The notes: generated by a model not told the origin, from the letters alone. 64,000 bases of DNA from Planctomycetota bacterium (GCA_965228735.1 OZ245838.1:2944001-3008000), one strand, 5' to 3'. Shown: positions 37,835 to 48,203, counted from the first letter of the stretch. Numbers and translations: made by a program.

Positions 37835-39322
37835 GTGATCCGGTCACCCGCTCTCCCCGCCACCGCCCTCGGCCTCGCCCTCGCCCTGCTCGGCGCTTGC
37901 AGCGGCGGCGCCGGTCCCGGCACCCCGATCGGCGGGAACGACGTCGTGCCCGAGCTGCTGGTCTGCCGCTCTCGCGTCCAGCAGCCGCTCGCGTTCACCG
38001 AGATGGCGCTGCGCACGGTGCAGAACCTCGGCACCGACCGCGTCTCCGAGCGGAACGGCATCGAGCGTCGCGCGCGCCTGCATCCCGACGGCGTCCGCGT
38101 CGTGTTCGCGCGCGAACGCCAGGGTGACGATCCCGCGAGCCGCGAGCTGTTCGTCGCGACGGTCGACGGCTCCGCGGCCGAACTGCGCCTCACGGTCAAC
38201 GCCGCGCTCGACGACGAGCCGTGCTGGTCGCCCGACGGCGAGTCGATCCTGTTCACGAGCGATCGCGACGGCAGGAACGGGCTGTGGCTCATGGACGCGC
38301 GCGGCCAGAACCAGCGCGAGTTCTTCACGCCACCCGTCGGCGAAACGTTTTCGCAGGCCGACTGGTCGCCCGCGACCGATCGCGTCGTCTACGTGCGCGA
38401 GCGCGTCGACGGCGTGCACGAGCTGCGCCTCGTGAACGGCGACGGCACGGGCGACACCGCGCTGTCGACGGCGGCCGGCGCGATCCTGCCCGGCGACGGC
38501 GACTTCGAGCCGGCGTTCGCACCCGACGGCCAACAGGTCGTGTTCGCGCGGCGCACGGGCGGCACGGCCCGCCTCATGCTGATCGACATCGGCACCGGCG
38601 TCGAGGTCGAACGGCTGCAGGTCGGCGGCGGCGGCGACATCGGCCTGCCGCGCTTCTCGCCGACCGCCGATCGGCTGTTCTTCGGACTCGACGAACCGCT
38701 GCCCGGCCGCGACGCGCTGCGCCTCGCGTTCGTGCCGCTGCTGACCGGCGACCCCGTGCTCGTCTGGCCGGACGAACGCTACGCGCTCGAAGGCCTCGAC
38801 TTCCTCGCGAACGTGCCCGAGCTGCCGCTCACCGAGCCGGCCGTCGAGCTGCCGGTCGAGGAGGCCGAGTTCGAGATCGCGTGGGGCTCGATCGGGTTCG
38901 GCAACGAGACGCAGCTCGTCGCCGAGGACGGCAACGCCTACGCGCTGCGCACGCGCTCGACCAACAACCACGAGACGGCCGGCATGGAGTGCCGGTTCAC
39001 GCTGCCGGTCGACGACGCGCTCGATGTTGCACAACTGCAGATCCGCGCCGCGCTGCGGACGACGCGGATCGGCGGCGACACCGAACTGCGCATCTCGCTC
39101 TACAACCCGGTCGAGAGTCGGTTCGACACCGCGGTCGAACTCGCGCCCACGTCGACGACGCAGAACACGATCCTCGAGTTCTCGACGTCGAGCCTGCGAC
39201 ACGTCGCGCGGGAAGGCGTTATTCGCTTCAACGTAATCGCAGAGATCGAGCGCGGCGACCCCGCCGAGATGCTCCTCGATGCCGTGAGGGTCGTGCTGAC
39301 GACCCGCCAACCGCCCCCCTGA
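37835..39322 (+). CDS. TolB-like (PD40) beta-propeller lipoprotein
   Basis: LGAC lipobox; PCWSPDGESILFTSDRDG, PAFAPDGQQVVFAR, PRFSP repeats. Confidence 0.85.
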   Translation: MIRSPALPATALGLALALLGACSGGAGPGTPIGGNDVVPELLVCRSRVQQPLAFTEMALRTVQNLGTDRVSERNGIERRARLHPDGVRVVFARERQGDDPASRELFVATVDGSAAELRLTVNAALDDEPCWSPDGESILFTSDRDGRNGLWLMDARGQNQREFFTPPVGETFSQADWSPATDRVVYVRERVDGVHELRLVNGDGTGDTALSTAAGAILPGDGDFEPAFAPDGQQVVFARRTGGTARLMLIDIGTGVEVERLQVGGGGDIGLPRFSPTADRLFFGLDEPLPGRDALRLAFVPLLTGDPVLVWPDERYALEGLDFLANVPELPLTEPAVELPVEEAEFEIAWGSIGFGNETQLVAEDGNAYALRTRSTNNHETAGMECRFTLPVDDALDVAQLQIRAALRTTRIGGDTELRISLYNPVESRFDTAVELAPTSTTQNTILEFSTSSLRHVAREGVIRFNVIAEIERGDPAEMLLDAVRVVLTTRQPPP

Positions 39323-39562
39323 GCCCCCCGCGCGGGGCAACCGAAATCACTCTGGAACAGCGGCTTGGGGCATCCTAAAGCCGCGCTGCGGAGGCTGGTT
39401 GGTGGCGCGACGGGCCGAACGCCGATAGAATGGTCGCCCCGCAAATCCGGGTGGATACCGGGCTTGGCTGGCCGACCTGCCCGCCCCCGACCCTCGGCCA
39501 GTTCCTTGGCCGTCCCCGAACGGCGAATGCGGGCGCCGCGTGCTAGCACTACAGGAGAAGCA

Positions 39563-40966
39563 ATGGCAACGACGACCTCGATCCCCCCTCGAAAGTTCAA
39601 AGTCTTCACCAAGCGTGACATCGACAAGATCCCGCAGCTCGACCGCTTCAGCGCGGACGAGCGCCTCGCGATGACGGCGGTCGCCAACGTGCTGCCGTTC
39701 CGCGTGAACGACTACGTCGTCGAAGAACTGATCGACTGGGACAAGGCGCCGAACGACCCGATCTTCCAGCTCACGTTCCCGCAGCCCAACATGCTCGCGC
39801 AGGACGACCTGGACAAGATGATGGGCCTGATCAAGGCCGAGGCCGGCAAGGACGAGATCGATCGAGAAGCCCGTCGCATCCAGATGTCACTCAACCCGCA
39901 CCCCGCGGGCCAGCTCGAGCTCAACGTGCCCAAGGTCGACGGCATCCCGATGCCCGGCCTGCAGCACAAGTATCGCGAGACGACGCTGTTCTTCCCGAGC
40001 AGCGGTCAGACCTGCCACAGCTACTGCACCTACTGCTTCCGCTGGCCGCAGTTCGTCGGCCTCGACGAGCTGAAGTTCGCCGCCAAGGAAGCCGAGGGAC
40101 TCGTCGCCTACCTCAAGAAGCACAAGGAGGTGAACAGCATCCTGTTCACCGGCGGCGACCCGATGGTCATGAAGACCAAGGTGCTGCGGCGCTACATCGA
40201 ACCGCTGCTTAGCGCGGAGCTCGACCACATCGTCAGCATCCGCATCGGCACCAAGGCGCCGGCCTACTGGCCGCAGCGCTTCACGTCGGACGACGACGCC
40301 GCGGACCTGATGCGGCTCTACGAGGAAGTGCAGAACGCCGGTCGCCACCTCGCGATCATGGCGCACTACAGCCACCCGCGGGAGCTCGACACGCCAGCGG
40401 CGCAGGCCGCGGTCAAGGCGATCCGCAGCACGGGCGCGGTGATCCGCTGCCAGGCGCCGCTGATCAAGCACGTCAACGACGACGCCAAGGTCTGGGCCGA
40501 CATGTGGAAGCGGCAGGTCTACCTCGGCGCCATCCCGTACTACATGTTCGTCGAGCGCGACACCGGTCCGAAGCAGTACTTCGAGGTGCCGCTCGCACGC
40601 GCGATCGACATCTTCAGCAAGGCCTACAACCGCGTCTCGGGTCTCGCGCGCACGGTCCGCGGTCCGTCGATGTCGGCGACCCCGGGCAAGGTGCTCGTCG
40701 ACGGCATCGCCGACATCCACGGCGAGAAGGTCTTCGTGCTGAAGTTCCTGCAGGGGCGCGATCCCCAGTGGGTCAACCGCATCTTCTTCGCGAAGTACGA
40801 CGAGCAGGCCTCGTGGCTCGACGACCTGCAGCCGGCGCTCGGCGAGAAGGAGTTCTGGTTCGAGTCGACGCTCAAGGGCCTCAAGGCGGGCCAGAAGCTC
40901 GACTGGGGCACCGACTCGGTCGTCCACAAGACCGTCGACGACGCGGGCGTCGTCCGCTTCTCGTAG
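39563..40966 (+). CDS. KamA-family radical SAM / PLP 2,3-aminomutase
   Basis: AGGAG RBS; GLQHKYRET.LFFP, CHSYCTYCFRW, LFTGGDP, IRIGTK, PYYMFVERDTG, ATPGKV. Confidence 0.88.
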   Translation: MATTTSIPPRKFKVFTKRDIDKIPQLDRFSADERLAMTAVANVLPFRVNDYVVEELIDWDKAPNDPIFQLTFPQPNMLAQDDLDKMMGLIKAEAGKDEIDREARRIQMSLNPHPAGQLELNVPKVDGIPMPGLQHKYRETTLFFPSSGQTCHSYCTYCFRWPQFVGLDELKFAAKEAEGLVAYLKKHKEVNSILFTGGDPMVMKTKVLRRYIEPLLSAELDHIVSIRIGTKAPAYWPQRFTSDDDAADLMRLYEEVQNAGRHLAIMAHYSHPRELDTPAAQAAVKAIRSTGAVIRCQAPLIKHVNDDAKVWADMWKRQVYLGAIPYYMFVERDTGPKQYFEVPLARAIDIFSKAYNRVSGLARTVRGPSMSATPGKVLVDGIADIHGEKVFVLKFLQGRDPQWVNRIFFAKYDEQASWLDDLQPALGEKEFWFESTLKGLKAGQKLDWGTDSVVHKTVDDAGVVRFS

Positions 40967-41105
40967 CTCGCCGCCGCCCCCCGCGGTCACGCCGGATCGC
41001 GCCCAGTCCGCGAATCTGGCCAGAACGGGCCAGAACGGCGTTGGCAGCGATTCGACGGGACCATACGCTGCGCGCGGGTCGGTGGGATGCCGGCCCCCGC
41101 CGCTC

Positions 41106-41843
41106 GTGCAATCCCACACGGTTCTACTGATACCCGCGTTCCGCGAAGCCGGTCGGGTCGGGGACGTCGTTCGTGACGTTCTGCGACTCGACCGCGGCAT
41201 CGACGTCGTCGTGATCGACGACGGCAGCGGCGACGACACCGCGACCGAGGCGCGCCGCGCCGGCGCGACCGTGCTCGAGCACCCGTTCAACCTCGGGTAC
41301 GGCAACGCGCTGCACACCGGCTACTGCTATGCCCGCCGCCGCGGCTACGCCCGCGTGCTGCAGATGGACGCGGACGGCCAGCACGAGGCGGAAATGCTCG
41401 AACGGCTCCTGGCCGGGCTCGACGGCGGCGCCGACGTCGTAATCGGCTCGCGCTACCTCGATGGCGTGCCGCCGCGCTCGAGCCTGCTGCGCAAGATCGG
41501 CACGCGCCTGTTCTCATGGCTCGCATCGCGCTGGACCGGCACGAAGATCACCGACCCGACGAGCGGCTTCCAGGGCCTGTCGCAACGCGCGCTCGTCACC
41601 GTCGTCAACGACGGTTTCCCCGAGGACTACCCGGACTGCGACGTGCTCGTGCAGCACGCGCGCGCCGGCATGCGGATCGTAGAGGTTCCCGTGACGATGC
41701 GCGAACGCAAGGGCGGCGTGTCGATGCACCGCGGCGCGCGCGTCGCCTACTACGGCTACAAGATGTTCGTCACCCTCGCTCTCCTGCCGATCCGCCGCCC
41801 GACGCCACTGCGGTCACGGGACACCGTCGCGAGGATGCCGTGA
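41106..41843 (+). CDS. Glycosyltransferase family 2 (DPM1-like)
   Basis: LIPAFRE, VIDDGSGD.T, NLGYG.AL.TG, MDADGQH, VIGSRY, DPTSGF. Confidence 0.92.
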   Translation: MQSHTVLLIPAFREAGRVGDVVRDVLRLDRGIDVVVIDDGSGDDTATEARRAGATVLEHPFNLGYGNALHTGYCYARRRGYARVLQMDADGQHEAEMLERLLAGLDGGADVVIGSRYLDGVPPRSSLLRKIGTRLFSWLASRWTGTKITDPTSGFQGLSQRALVTVVNDGFPEDYPDCDVLVQHARAGMRIVEVPVTMRERKGGVSMHRGARVAYYGYKMFVTLALLPIRRPTPLRSRDTVARMP

Positions 41844-42298
41844 TCGCGAACTGGCTGGAGTCCGTAGTGCTCGAACCGCTGCCGGAACGCCAGCGCGCGA
41901 CCGCGATCGTCGTCGCCGTCGGCATCCTCGTGCTCGTTCTCGAGCTCGTCCGCCGGCGCAAGCTGCGCGAGGAGTACTCGTGGTTCTGGTGCGCGACCGG
42001 CATGGTGCTGATCGTCCTCGCGATATTCGAGGGCGTGCTCGTCGAGTTCAGCCGCTGGATCGGCGCCGCGAGCCCGGTGTCGACGCTGTTCTTCGGCGCC
42101 ATCCTGTTCCTCGTCGTGCTCGCGCTGCAGTTCTCGATCCGGCTCAGCCGACTGACGCATCGCAACCGCACCCTCGCGCAACGCGTCTCGCTGCTCGAGG
42201 ACACGATCCAGCGCCTGCAGAAGGACCGCAACGAGAACGAGAGCGCCGAGGCGCCCGTGCGGCGGCGCCAGAAGACCGAACGCGACGAAGTCGCGTGA
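41840..42298 (+). CDS. DUF2304 family membrane protein
   Basis: GTGA overlap with the GT2 gene; LVRRRKLREEYSWFW...RLS.L......LAQ.VSLL; usual GT2 partner. Confidence 0.85.
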   Translation: MIANWLESVVLEPLPERQRATAIVVAVGILVLVLELVRRRKLREEYSWFWCATGMVLIVLAIFEGVLVEFSRWIGAASPVSTLFFGAILFLVVLALQFSIRLSRLTHRNRTLAQRVSLLEDTIQRLQKDRNENESAEAPVRRRQKTERDEVA

Positions 42299-42331
42299 TG
42301 GCCGGGGTAGGCTGATGGACGGGGTGTCGTA

Positions 42332-42829
42332 GTGGAAGGAGTCGCAGCAATGGGCCGCGCGGTCGCCGTCGAGTTCCGCCGGCGGCTCGCCGAGGAGTAC
42401 GTGCCGCGCATCCGGAAGTGCGTCGGGCTGCTCGACGACGAGGCGCTGTGGTGCCGCCCCGCGCCGAACTGCAACTCGGTCGGCAACCTGCTGCTGCACC
42501 TCACGGGCAACACGCGCCAGTGGATCCACGCCACGTTCGGCGCGTCGAACGACGACCGCGACCGCGACGCCGAGTTCGCCGCGGAATCGGGCAAGAGCGG
42601 CACCGAGCTCGTCGATCGCCTCGCCCAGGTCGTCGAGGAAGCGTGCGCGATCGTCGACGGCCTCGAGCCGAGTGAGTGGCTGCGCGAGCGCGTGGTCCAG
42701 CGCCAGTTCGACGAGACGGGGCTCTCCGCGGTGCTGCACGTGATCGAGCACTTCTCGGGCCATGCGGGCCAGATCTACGCCTGGACCAAGCAGGTCACGG
42801 GGCAGGACCTGAAGTTCTACGACCTGTAG
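42332..42829 (+). CDS. DinB/DUF1572-like protein
   Basis: LW.RP..NCNSVGNLLLHL.GN..QW; RDRDAEF; HVIEHFSGH.GQI. Start at 42332 or 42350. Confidence 0.85.
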   Translation: MEGVAAMGRAVAVEFRRRLAEEYVPRIRKCVGLLDDEALWCRPAPNCNSVGNLLLHLTGNTRQWIHATFGASNDDRDRDAEFAAESGKSGTELVDRLAQVVEEACAIVDGLEPSEWLRERVVQRQFDETGLSAVLHVIEHFSGHAGQIYAWTKQVTGQDLKFYDL

Positions 42830-44776
42830 TCAGCTCGCCCCGGTCAGCTCGGGACTCGTCTGCTCGGGCCGGTCAGCTCGACTGGTCAGCTCGGGATTGG
42901 CGACGATCGCCGGGTCGATCCGCGCGCTCGCCCACCGTTCGAGCATCTCGCGCAGCTGATCGAGCTTCACCGGCTTGCCGAGGAAGTCGCTCATGCCGGA
43001 CTCGAGGCACGCCTCGCGATCGCCGGGCATCACGTTCGCCGTGAGCGCGATGATCGGCACCGAGGCGTGCAAACCGCCGAGCGCGCGAATCGCCTGCGTC
43101 GCATCGAAGCCGTTGAGCTCGGGCATCTGGCAGTCCATGAGCACGAGGTCGAACTCGTTCTGCTGAATCATGTCGAGAGCCTCCTGCCCGTCGACGGCGA
43201 ACGTCACGCTGCACCCGATCTTCTTCAGCATGCCGCCGAGCACGCGGCGGTTGATCTCGTTGTCCTCGGCGACGAGCAGGCGCACGCCGTCGAGAACGGC
43301 GCCGTTCGTTTCCTGGAACTCGGACCGCGTTGGACGCTCGGCCGCGACCTTGCCGCAAACACTCGCCATGTCGTGCACGAGCTGCAGCAGGCGGCCGCCG
43401 GACAGCGGCTTGTTGAGCCAGCGGAACACGTCGGCCGCGGCCATGTCGAGCAGGTCGGGGCGCTCGTTCAGCGAACTCGCGAGCGCGATCGACAGCCGCG
43501 GGATCGCCGGGTCGTCGTGGATGGCGCGGGCGAGTTCGAGCCCGTCGATCCCCGGCATCCCCATGTCGAGGATCGCCATCGTGAACGGCCTGCCCGACTT
43601 CGCCGCGGCCCGCAGCCGCGCGATCGCGGTGATCGCGTTGCCCGCGGTGTCGATGCCGATCCTGGTCGGGGTCAGCTGGTTCACCATGAGCTTGCGCGTC
43701 GTCGCGTGGCCCTCGGCGATGAGCACCGCGTGACCCTGCAGATCGAGGTCGAACGCGCGCGCTCGCGACCTGCTGAGATCGCCGAACGGCAACCGCAGCT
43801 CGAGCGCGAACATCGAGCCGCGGCCCTCCTCGCTCTCCGCGTAGATCCGCCCGCCCATGAGCTCGGTCAGCCGCCGGCAGATGGACAGCCCGAGCCCCGT
43901 GCCGCCGAAGCGCCGCGTCGTCGAGGCGTCGGCCTGCGAGAACGGCGTGAAGAGCCGCTGCAACGCGTCCCTGCTGATGCCGACGCCGCTGTCGCGCACG
44001 GCGACGCGCACGGTCTGGCTCTCGTCGTCCTCGGCGAGCAGGCTGCATTCGAGCAGGATCTCGCCGGCCAGCGTGAACTTGACCGCGTTGCTCAGGAAGT
44101 TGAGGACGATCTGCCGCAACCGCGCCTGATCGCCGGTATGTGAGCGGTGGATGCGCGGGTCGACGTAGGTCACGAGCTCGACGGCCTTGTCCGCCGCCTT
44201 GCCGTGCAGCAGCACCGCGCAGTCGTCGATCGTCTGCCACACGTCGAAATCGGCGGCCTCGAGTTCGAGCTTGCCGGCCTCGATCTTGCTGTAGTCGAGG
44301 ATGTCGTTGAGGATGTTGAGCAGCGCGTCGGCCGACGACTGGATCGTCGTCGCCATCTGCTCCTGATCCGCGTCGAGGCGGGTCCGCACGAGCAGCTCGG
44401 CCATGCCGAGGACACCGTTCATCGGCGTGCGGATCTCGTGGCTCATGTTCGCGAGGAATTGCGCCTTGAGCTCGGCGCTCGCTCGCGCCTCGTCCGCGGC
44501 CGCCACGGCCTCGTCCCGCTCGCGCCGCAGATCGGACTGCTCAGATGCCAGCAACTCGCGCTCGAACACTCCGTCGCGGAGTTCGCTCGCGAGCCGCCGG
44601 ACGCGCGCGCCGACCACCGTCGCGATCGCGACGACGCCGGGCACGACGACCGCGAGCGCCAATGGCCAGATGGCGGCCGCCGCTGCGCCGATGGTCGCGA
44701 CCCCAACCAACAGCGCGAGGGCGCGGGTCACGTCGGCAGCATTCGGTTCGGCCCGGGAAAACATCGGCGAAGACAT
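42830..44776 (-). CDS. Hybrid sensor histidine kinase with two receiver domains
   Basis: Two TMs; [43 protein letters not shown]; receiver segments LDMGMPG and LMDCQMP. Confidence 0.95.
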   Translation of the reverse strand: MSSPMFSRAEPNAADVTRALALLVGVATIGAAAAAIWPLALAVVVPGVVAIATVVGARVRRLASELRDGVFERELLASEQSDLRRERDEAVAAADEARASAELKAQFLANMSHEIRTPMNGVLGMAELLVRTRLDADQEQMATTIQSSADALLNILNDILDYSKIEAGKLELEAADFDVWQTIDDCAVLLHGKAADKAVELVTYVDPRIHRSHTGDQARLRQIVLNFLSNAVKFTLAGEILLECSLLAEDDESQTVRVAVRDSGVGISRDALQRLFTPFSQADASTTRRFGGTGLGLSICRRLTELMGGRIYAESEEGRGSMFALELRLPFGDLSRSRARAFDLDLQGHAVLIAEGHATTRKLMVNQLTPTRIGIDTAGNAITAIARLRAAAKSGRPFTMAILDMGMPGIDGLELARAIHDDPAIPRLSIALASSLNERPDLLDMAAADVFRWLNKPLSGGRLLQLVHDMASVCGKVAAERPTRSEFQETNGAVLDGVRLLVAEDNEINRRVLGGMLKKIGCSVTFAVDGQEALDMIQQNEFDLVLMDCQMPELNGFDATQAIRALGGLHASVPIIALTANVMPGDREACLESGMSDFLGKPVKLDQLREMLERWASARIDPAIVANPELTSRADRPEQTSPELTGAS

Positions 44777-44850
44777 CGGTACCGTCCCACTTTCGGCAAC
44801 CGTGCGCACCGGACCGGCACGGGATGGCAACCCGCGGTGGCAGCGGCGAC

Positions 44851-45330
44851 TCAGGCGCGATGATACGGATGCCCGGCGAGCACGCTCGCGGCGCGATAGA
44901 GCTGCTCGACGACGATCACGCGCACGAGCCCGTGCGGCAGCGTCGCGGCCGAAAGCGCCCAGCGCTGGTCCGCCGTGCCGAGGAACTCACGATCGAAGCC
45001 ATCGGCGCCGCCGATCACGAACGCGAGATCGCGGCCATCCTGCTGCCAGTCGCGCAGCTTCCCGACGAGATCATCCGTGCGCCAGTTCTTGCCGCGTTCG
45101 TCGAGCGCGATCACGAGCGGCCGCCGCGCGAACTTGTCGAGCTCGGTCGTGAGCCGTGCGGCCTCCTGTTCGCGAATGCGTTCGACGCTCGTGCCCTTCT
45201 GCCGGGCACCGGGTTTGACGTCGACGAGTTCGAAGCCCCACTCGCGCGGCAGGCGCTTGCCGTACTCGCGTTCGCCGGCGATGACCCAATCGGGCTGGCG
45301 ATGCGTGACCGCGAACAGCCGAACCTTCAC
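44851..45330 (-). CDS. rlmH: 23S rRNA (pseudouridine-1915-N3)-methyltransferase
   Basis: EYGKRL, IALDERGK, FVIGGADG, TLPHGLVRV...EQLYRA...GHPYHR. Confidence 0.96.
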   Translation of the reverse strand: MKVRLFAVTHRQPDWVIAGEREYGKRLPREWGFELVDVKPGARQKGTSVERIREQEAARLTTELDKFARRPLVIALDERGKNWRTDDLVGKLRDWQQDGRDLAFVIGGADGFDREFLGTADQRWALSAATLPHGLVRVIVVEQLYRAASVLAGHPYHRA

Positions 45331-46376
45331 GACGCCCCCCCGAACGGCAACTCCGGCTGGGCACCCGGCCGCCGGAACGGCGTCGTCGCCGCCGTCGGCC
45401 CGACGGTGCGCGGCTCGAAACCGAGGCTCCTCGCGCGCTGCTCGAACAGGTCGAGCATGAGCTGGTAGCGCGGCCCGACGCCGCGCATGCGCCGATGGAA
45501 ACCCGCGTTGTCGCCCCCGCGCACTTCACCGCCGCGGGTCTGCGCGAGCAGCGAGAGCACCTTGTCGGCGCGACCCGGGAACGCCGTGTGCAGCCGTTCG
45601 GAGAACACCTGCTCGACCTCCTGCGGCACGCGCAGCAGGATGTGGAACGCGTAGCGCGCGCCGGCGTCACGCGCGCGCGCGAGGATCTCCGGGATCTGGT
45701 GATCGTTGAGTCCCGGGATCAGCGGCGAGATCGATACCCCGGTCGGCACGCCAGCGTCGGAGAGCGCTCGGAGCGCCCGCAACCGGCGCGCCGGCGAACC
45801 CGCCCACGGCTCGATCGCGCGCGAATCCTGCTCGTTCGCGAACGGTACGCTGACGAACACCGACGCAGCGCCGTCCCGCGCGAGATCCTGCAGCACGTCG
45901 ACGTCGCGCTCGACGAGCGCACCCTTGGTGATAATGCCGACCGGCTGGCGGTACTCCGCGCAGACCTCGAGACAACGGCGCGTCAATCGGTAACTCGCCT
46001 CGATCGGCTGGTAGCAGTCGGTCACGCCGGAGAACACCAGGTTCTCGCCCTGCCACGACGGCCGCTGCAGGTGCCGCCGCAGCACGTCGGGTGCGTTGCG
46101 CTTCACGACGATGCGCCGTTCGAAGTCCGTGCCCGCGCCAAAACCGAGGTACTGATGCGTCGGGCGCGCGTAGCAGTAGGCGCAGCCGTGGAAGCAGCCG
46201 CGGTAGGGGTTGATCGACCAGCGGAACGGAATGTCCGGGCTGTCGTTCTCCGCGACGACGCTGCGGGCGTCCTCCTCGTAGACCTCGAGCGCCACGTCGG
46301 GCGCCGGCCCGAGCCACTCGACGGACTCGGACTGCCACGGGTTGGGCGGGTTATGGACGGGCCGCATCCCCGCCAT
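45327..46376 (-). CDS. PA0069/SplB-like radical SAM protein
   Basis: NDSPDIPFRWSINPYRGCFHGCAYCYARP, SGVTDCYQPIE, ITKG.LV.RD, PLIPGLND. Confidence 0.92.
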   Translation of the reverse strand: MAGMRPVHNPPNPWQSESVEWLGPAPDVALEVYEEDARSVVAENDSPDIPFRWSINPYRGCFHGCAYCYARPTHQYLGFGAGTDFERRIVVKRNAPDVLRRHLQRPSWQGENLVFSGVTDCYQPIEASYRLTRRCLEVCAEYRQPVGIITKGALVERDVDVLQDLARDGAASVFVSVPFANEQDSRAIEPWAGSPARRLRALRALSDAGVPTGVSISPLIPGLNDHQIPEILARARDAGARYAFHILLRVPQEVEQVFSERLHTAFPGRADKVLSLLAQTRGGEVRGGDNAGFHRRMRGVGPRYQLMLDLFEQRARSLGFEPRTVGPTAATTPFRRPGAQPELPFGGAS

Positions 46377-46432
46377 GTTGGCGCGGAGGCGGGCGCGGGG
46401 AAAGCACCCGCGCCGCCGACCAGCCGGAACGG

Positions 46433-47248
46433 TCAGATGCGATCGCCGCCGCGGCCGCGCCCCGGTCGACGCTGACCGCGCTTCGAACCGCGTTCGCTGC
46501 GGCCTTCCTGCCGTTCCGAACGCCGGTCACTGCGACGTTCCTGCCGCCCCTCGCGACGCTCGCCACGGCTGTCCCGGCGTTCGCCGCGGCGTTCCTTCTG
46601 GCCCTCGCGCCGCTCTCCCCGGCGCTCCTTGCGGTCTTCGCGGCGCTCGCCGACCTCTTCGCGGTGATCACTGCGGCGCTCCTGCCGGCCTTCGCGACGG
46701 TCGCCGCGCCGTTCCTGCACGTTCTCGCGCCATTCCTCGCGGCGTTCCTCACGCCGCTCCTGACCGTTCTCGCGTCGTTCTTCGCGGCGCTCGCGAACGT
46801 TCTCGCGGCGCTCCTCCCAGCGCTCGCGACGGCCCTTGCCGGGCGGCGGCGGCGGGCGCTCGCCACGCTCTTCGCGGCGTTCATCCCGGCGCTCGCGCCA
46901 CTCCTCGCGGCGTTCCTCGACGCGCTCGCGGCGCTCTTCGCGGCGTTCGCCGACTTCCTCCCGGCGTTCGTCGCGACGTTCACGCACGTCCTCACGCCGT
47001 TCGCCGATCTTCTCGCGGCGATCGCTGCGACGCTCCTGGCGGCCGTCGCGGCGGTCGCCGGCCTTCTCACGGCGCTCCTCGCGTCGTTCGCCGACCTTCT
47101 CGCGGTGTTCTTCCCGGCGTTCGCTGCGGCGCTCGCGCTGCTTCTCGACGCGTTCGCCACGCTCACCACGTTGACCGCGCCCCTGCGCCGTCGCGTCCTG
47201 CAGGCACAGGACCGTTGCCAGCGCCGTCGTCAGTATCGTTCGGATCAT
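46433..47248 (-). CDS. Secreted Arg/Glu-rich low-complexity repeat protein
   Basis: GGAGAG RBS; signal MIRTILTTALATVLCLQDATAQ; then 7- and 11-residue units such as GERREERREKA and GDRREGRQERR. Confidence 0.7.
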   Translation of the reverse strand: MIRTILTTALATVLCLQDATAQGRGQRGERGERVEKQRERRSERREEHREKVGERREERREKAGDRRDGRQERRSDRREKIGERREDVRERRDERREEVGERREERRERVEERREEWRERRDERREERGERPPPPPGKGRRERWEERRENVRERREERRENGQERREERREEWRENVQERRGDRREGRQERRSDHREEVGERREDRKERRGERREGQKERRGERRDSRGERREGRQERRSDRRSERQEGRSERGSKRGQRRPGRGRGGDRI

Positions 47249-47295
47249 CTCAGTCTCTCCCGGTTGTGAATGCCGTGCCTGTTCCGCCCGGCACG

Positions 47296-47456
47296 AGTGG
47301 TCTGTCGCGGAAGTTCGGATCAGAAGTCCGTGTTCCTGGGCGACGCTCGCAAGGCGCGCCGCCGGAGGAATATCGGTGGATATGCCGAGAAGGCGCAACG
47401 CCGCGAGCGGCGTTCAGGGCGCGGACTTTCGATGCGAACTTCCGCGACAGACCACT
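47296..47456. mobile_element. 161-bp palindromic MITE-like element
   Basis: Terminal IR AGTGGTCTGTCGCGGAAGTTCG (22 bp perfect, ~35 bp imperfect); inner arms also pair, with central ATATC-GGTG-GATAT; no coding capacity. Confidence 0.7.
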
Positions 47457-47585
47457 AGGTTCGGCAGCCAGCAACGTCGCACCGTGATCGCGCCCCACGG
47501 GAAGTTGCAGAATGCGACCTGCGCGCCCGCAGCGCCGGTCCCGATTCGAGACCGCGAACCGCACCACCGGCGCTACCCTGCGCGC

Positions 47586-48074
47586 ATGGCAGCCAAGTCG
47601 TTGGAGTCGCCGCTACCGTTGCTGCTCGACCATCTCGAACGCGCCTATCGCGGCCCGTCGTGGCACGGCACGGCGCTGCGCGGCACGTTGCGCGGCGTCA
47701 CGCCGGCGCGCGCGCTTTGGCAACCCGGCCCCGACCGCAATTCGATCTGGCAGTTGCTGCTGCACGCCGCGTATTGGAAGTACACGGTGCGGCGCCGACT
47801 GACAGGCGAACGCCGCGGCTCGTTCCCGCGCGCGCCAGCCGACTTCCCCGCCGTGCCCGATCCGGCGGACGCCAAGGCCTGGCGGCGCGACCTCGCGCTC
47901 CTCGACGACGAGCACGAGCAACTGATCACGGCAGTCCGAGCCCTCGACCCGACAACGCTGGAGCGCCGCCGAGGCTCATGGCGACTCATCGACTACGTGC
48001 TCGGCGCCGCCTCCCACGACCTCTACCACGCCGGCCAGATCAACCTGCTCAAACGCCTCGCCAACCCCACCTGA
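47586..48074 (+). CDS. DinB family protein
   Basis: SWHG..L...L.GVT...A.W.P...RNSIW..LLH.AYWK; HDLYHAGQI. Confidence 0.88.
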   Translation: MAAKSLESPLPLLLDHLERAYRGPSWHGTALRGTLRGVTPARALWQPGPDRNSIWQLLLHAAYWKYTVRRRLTGERRGSFPRAPADFPAVPDPADAKAWRRDLALLDDEHEQLITAVRALDPTTLERRRGSWRLIDYVLGAASHDLYHAGQINLLKRLANPT

Positions 48075-48193
48075 GGTGGCGGTACCGAACCCGTTTCGAA
48101 TCCGCCACCGCCAACTCGGCGGAGAAGCCGATCGGAACCAATGTTGCGCAGACCGCACCATGGCGGATTCGAAACGGGTCCGGTACGGCCGCG
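48075..48193. repeat. 119-bp inverted-repeat element (REPIN/MITE-like), copy 2
   Basis: Left arm GGTGGCGGTACCGAACCCGTTTCGAATCCGCCA (48075-48107); 53-bp spacer; right arm 48161-48193 with 4 mismatches; between convergent genes. Confidence 0.82.
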
Positions 48194-48203
48194 GTTCGTT
48201 CAT

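Noticed and set aside
39563..46376. Radical SAM RiPP or secondary-metabolite cluster
   Set aside because: Both radical SAM enzymes belong to non-RiPP families (KamA, PA0069); no SPASM domain, precursor peptide or NRPS/PKS genes nearby.
46433..47248. Possible CRISPR or non-coding satellite; also an Ala-rich 272-aa ORF in another frame
   Set aside because: Repeat lengths are multiples of 3 and degenerate at codon level; only the R/E frame has an RBS and a signal peptide.
48075..48193. Possible tRNA (TTCGAATCC resembles a T-loop)
   Set aside because: No cloverleaf or acceptor stem; the motif is part of the long inverted-repeat arm.
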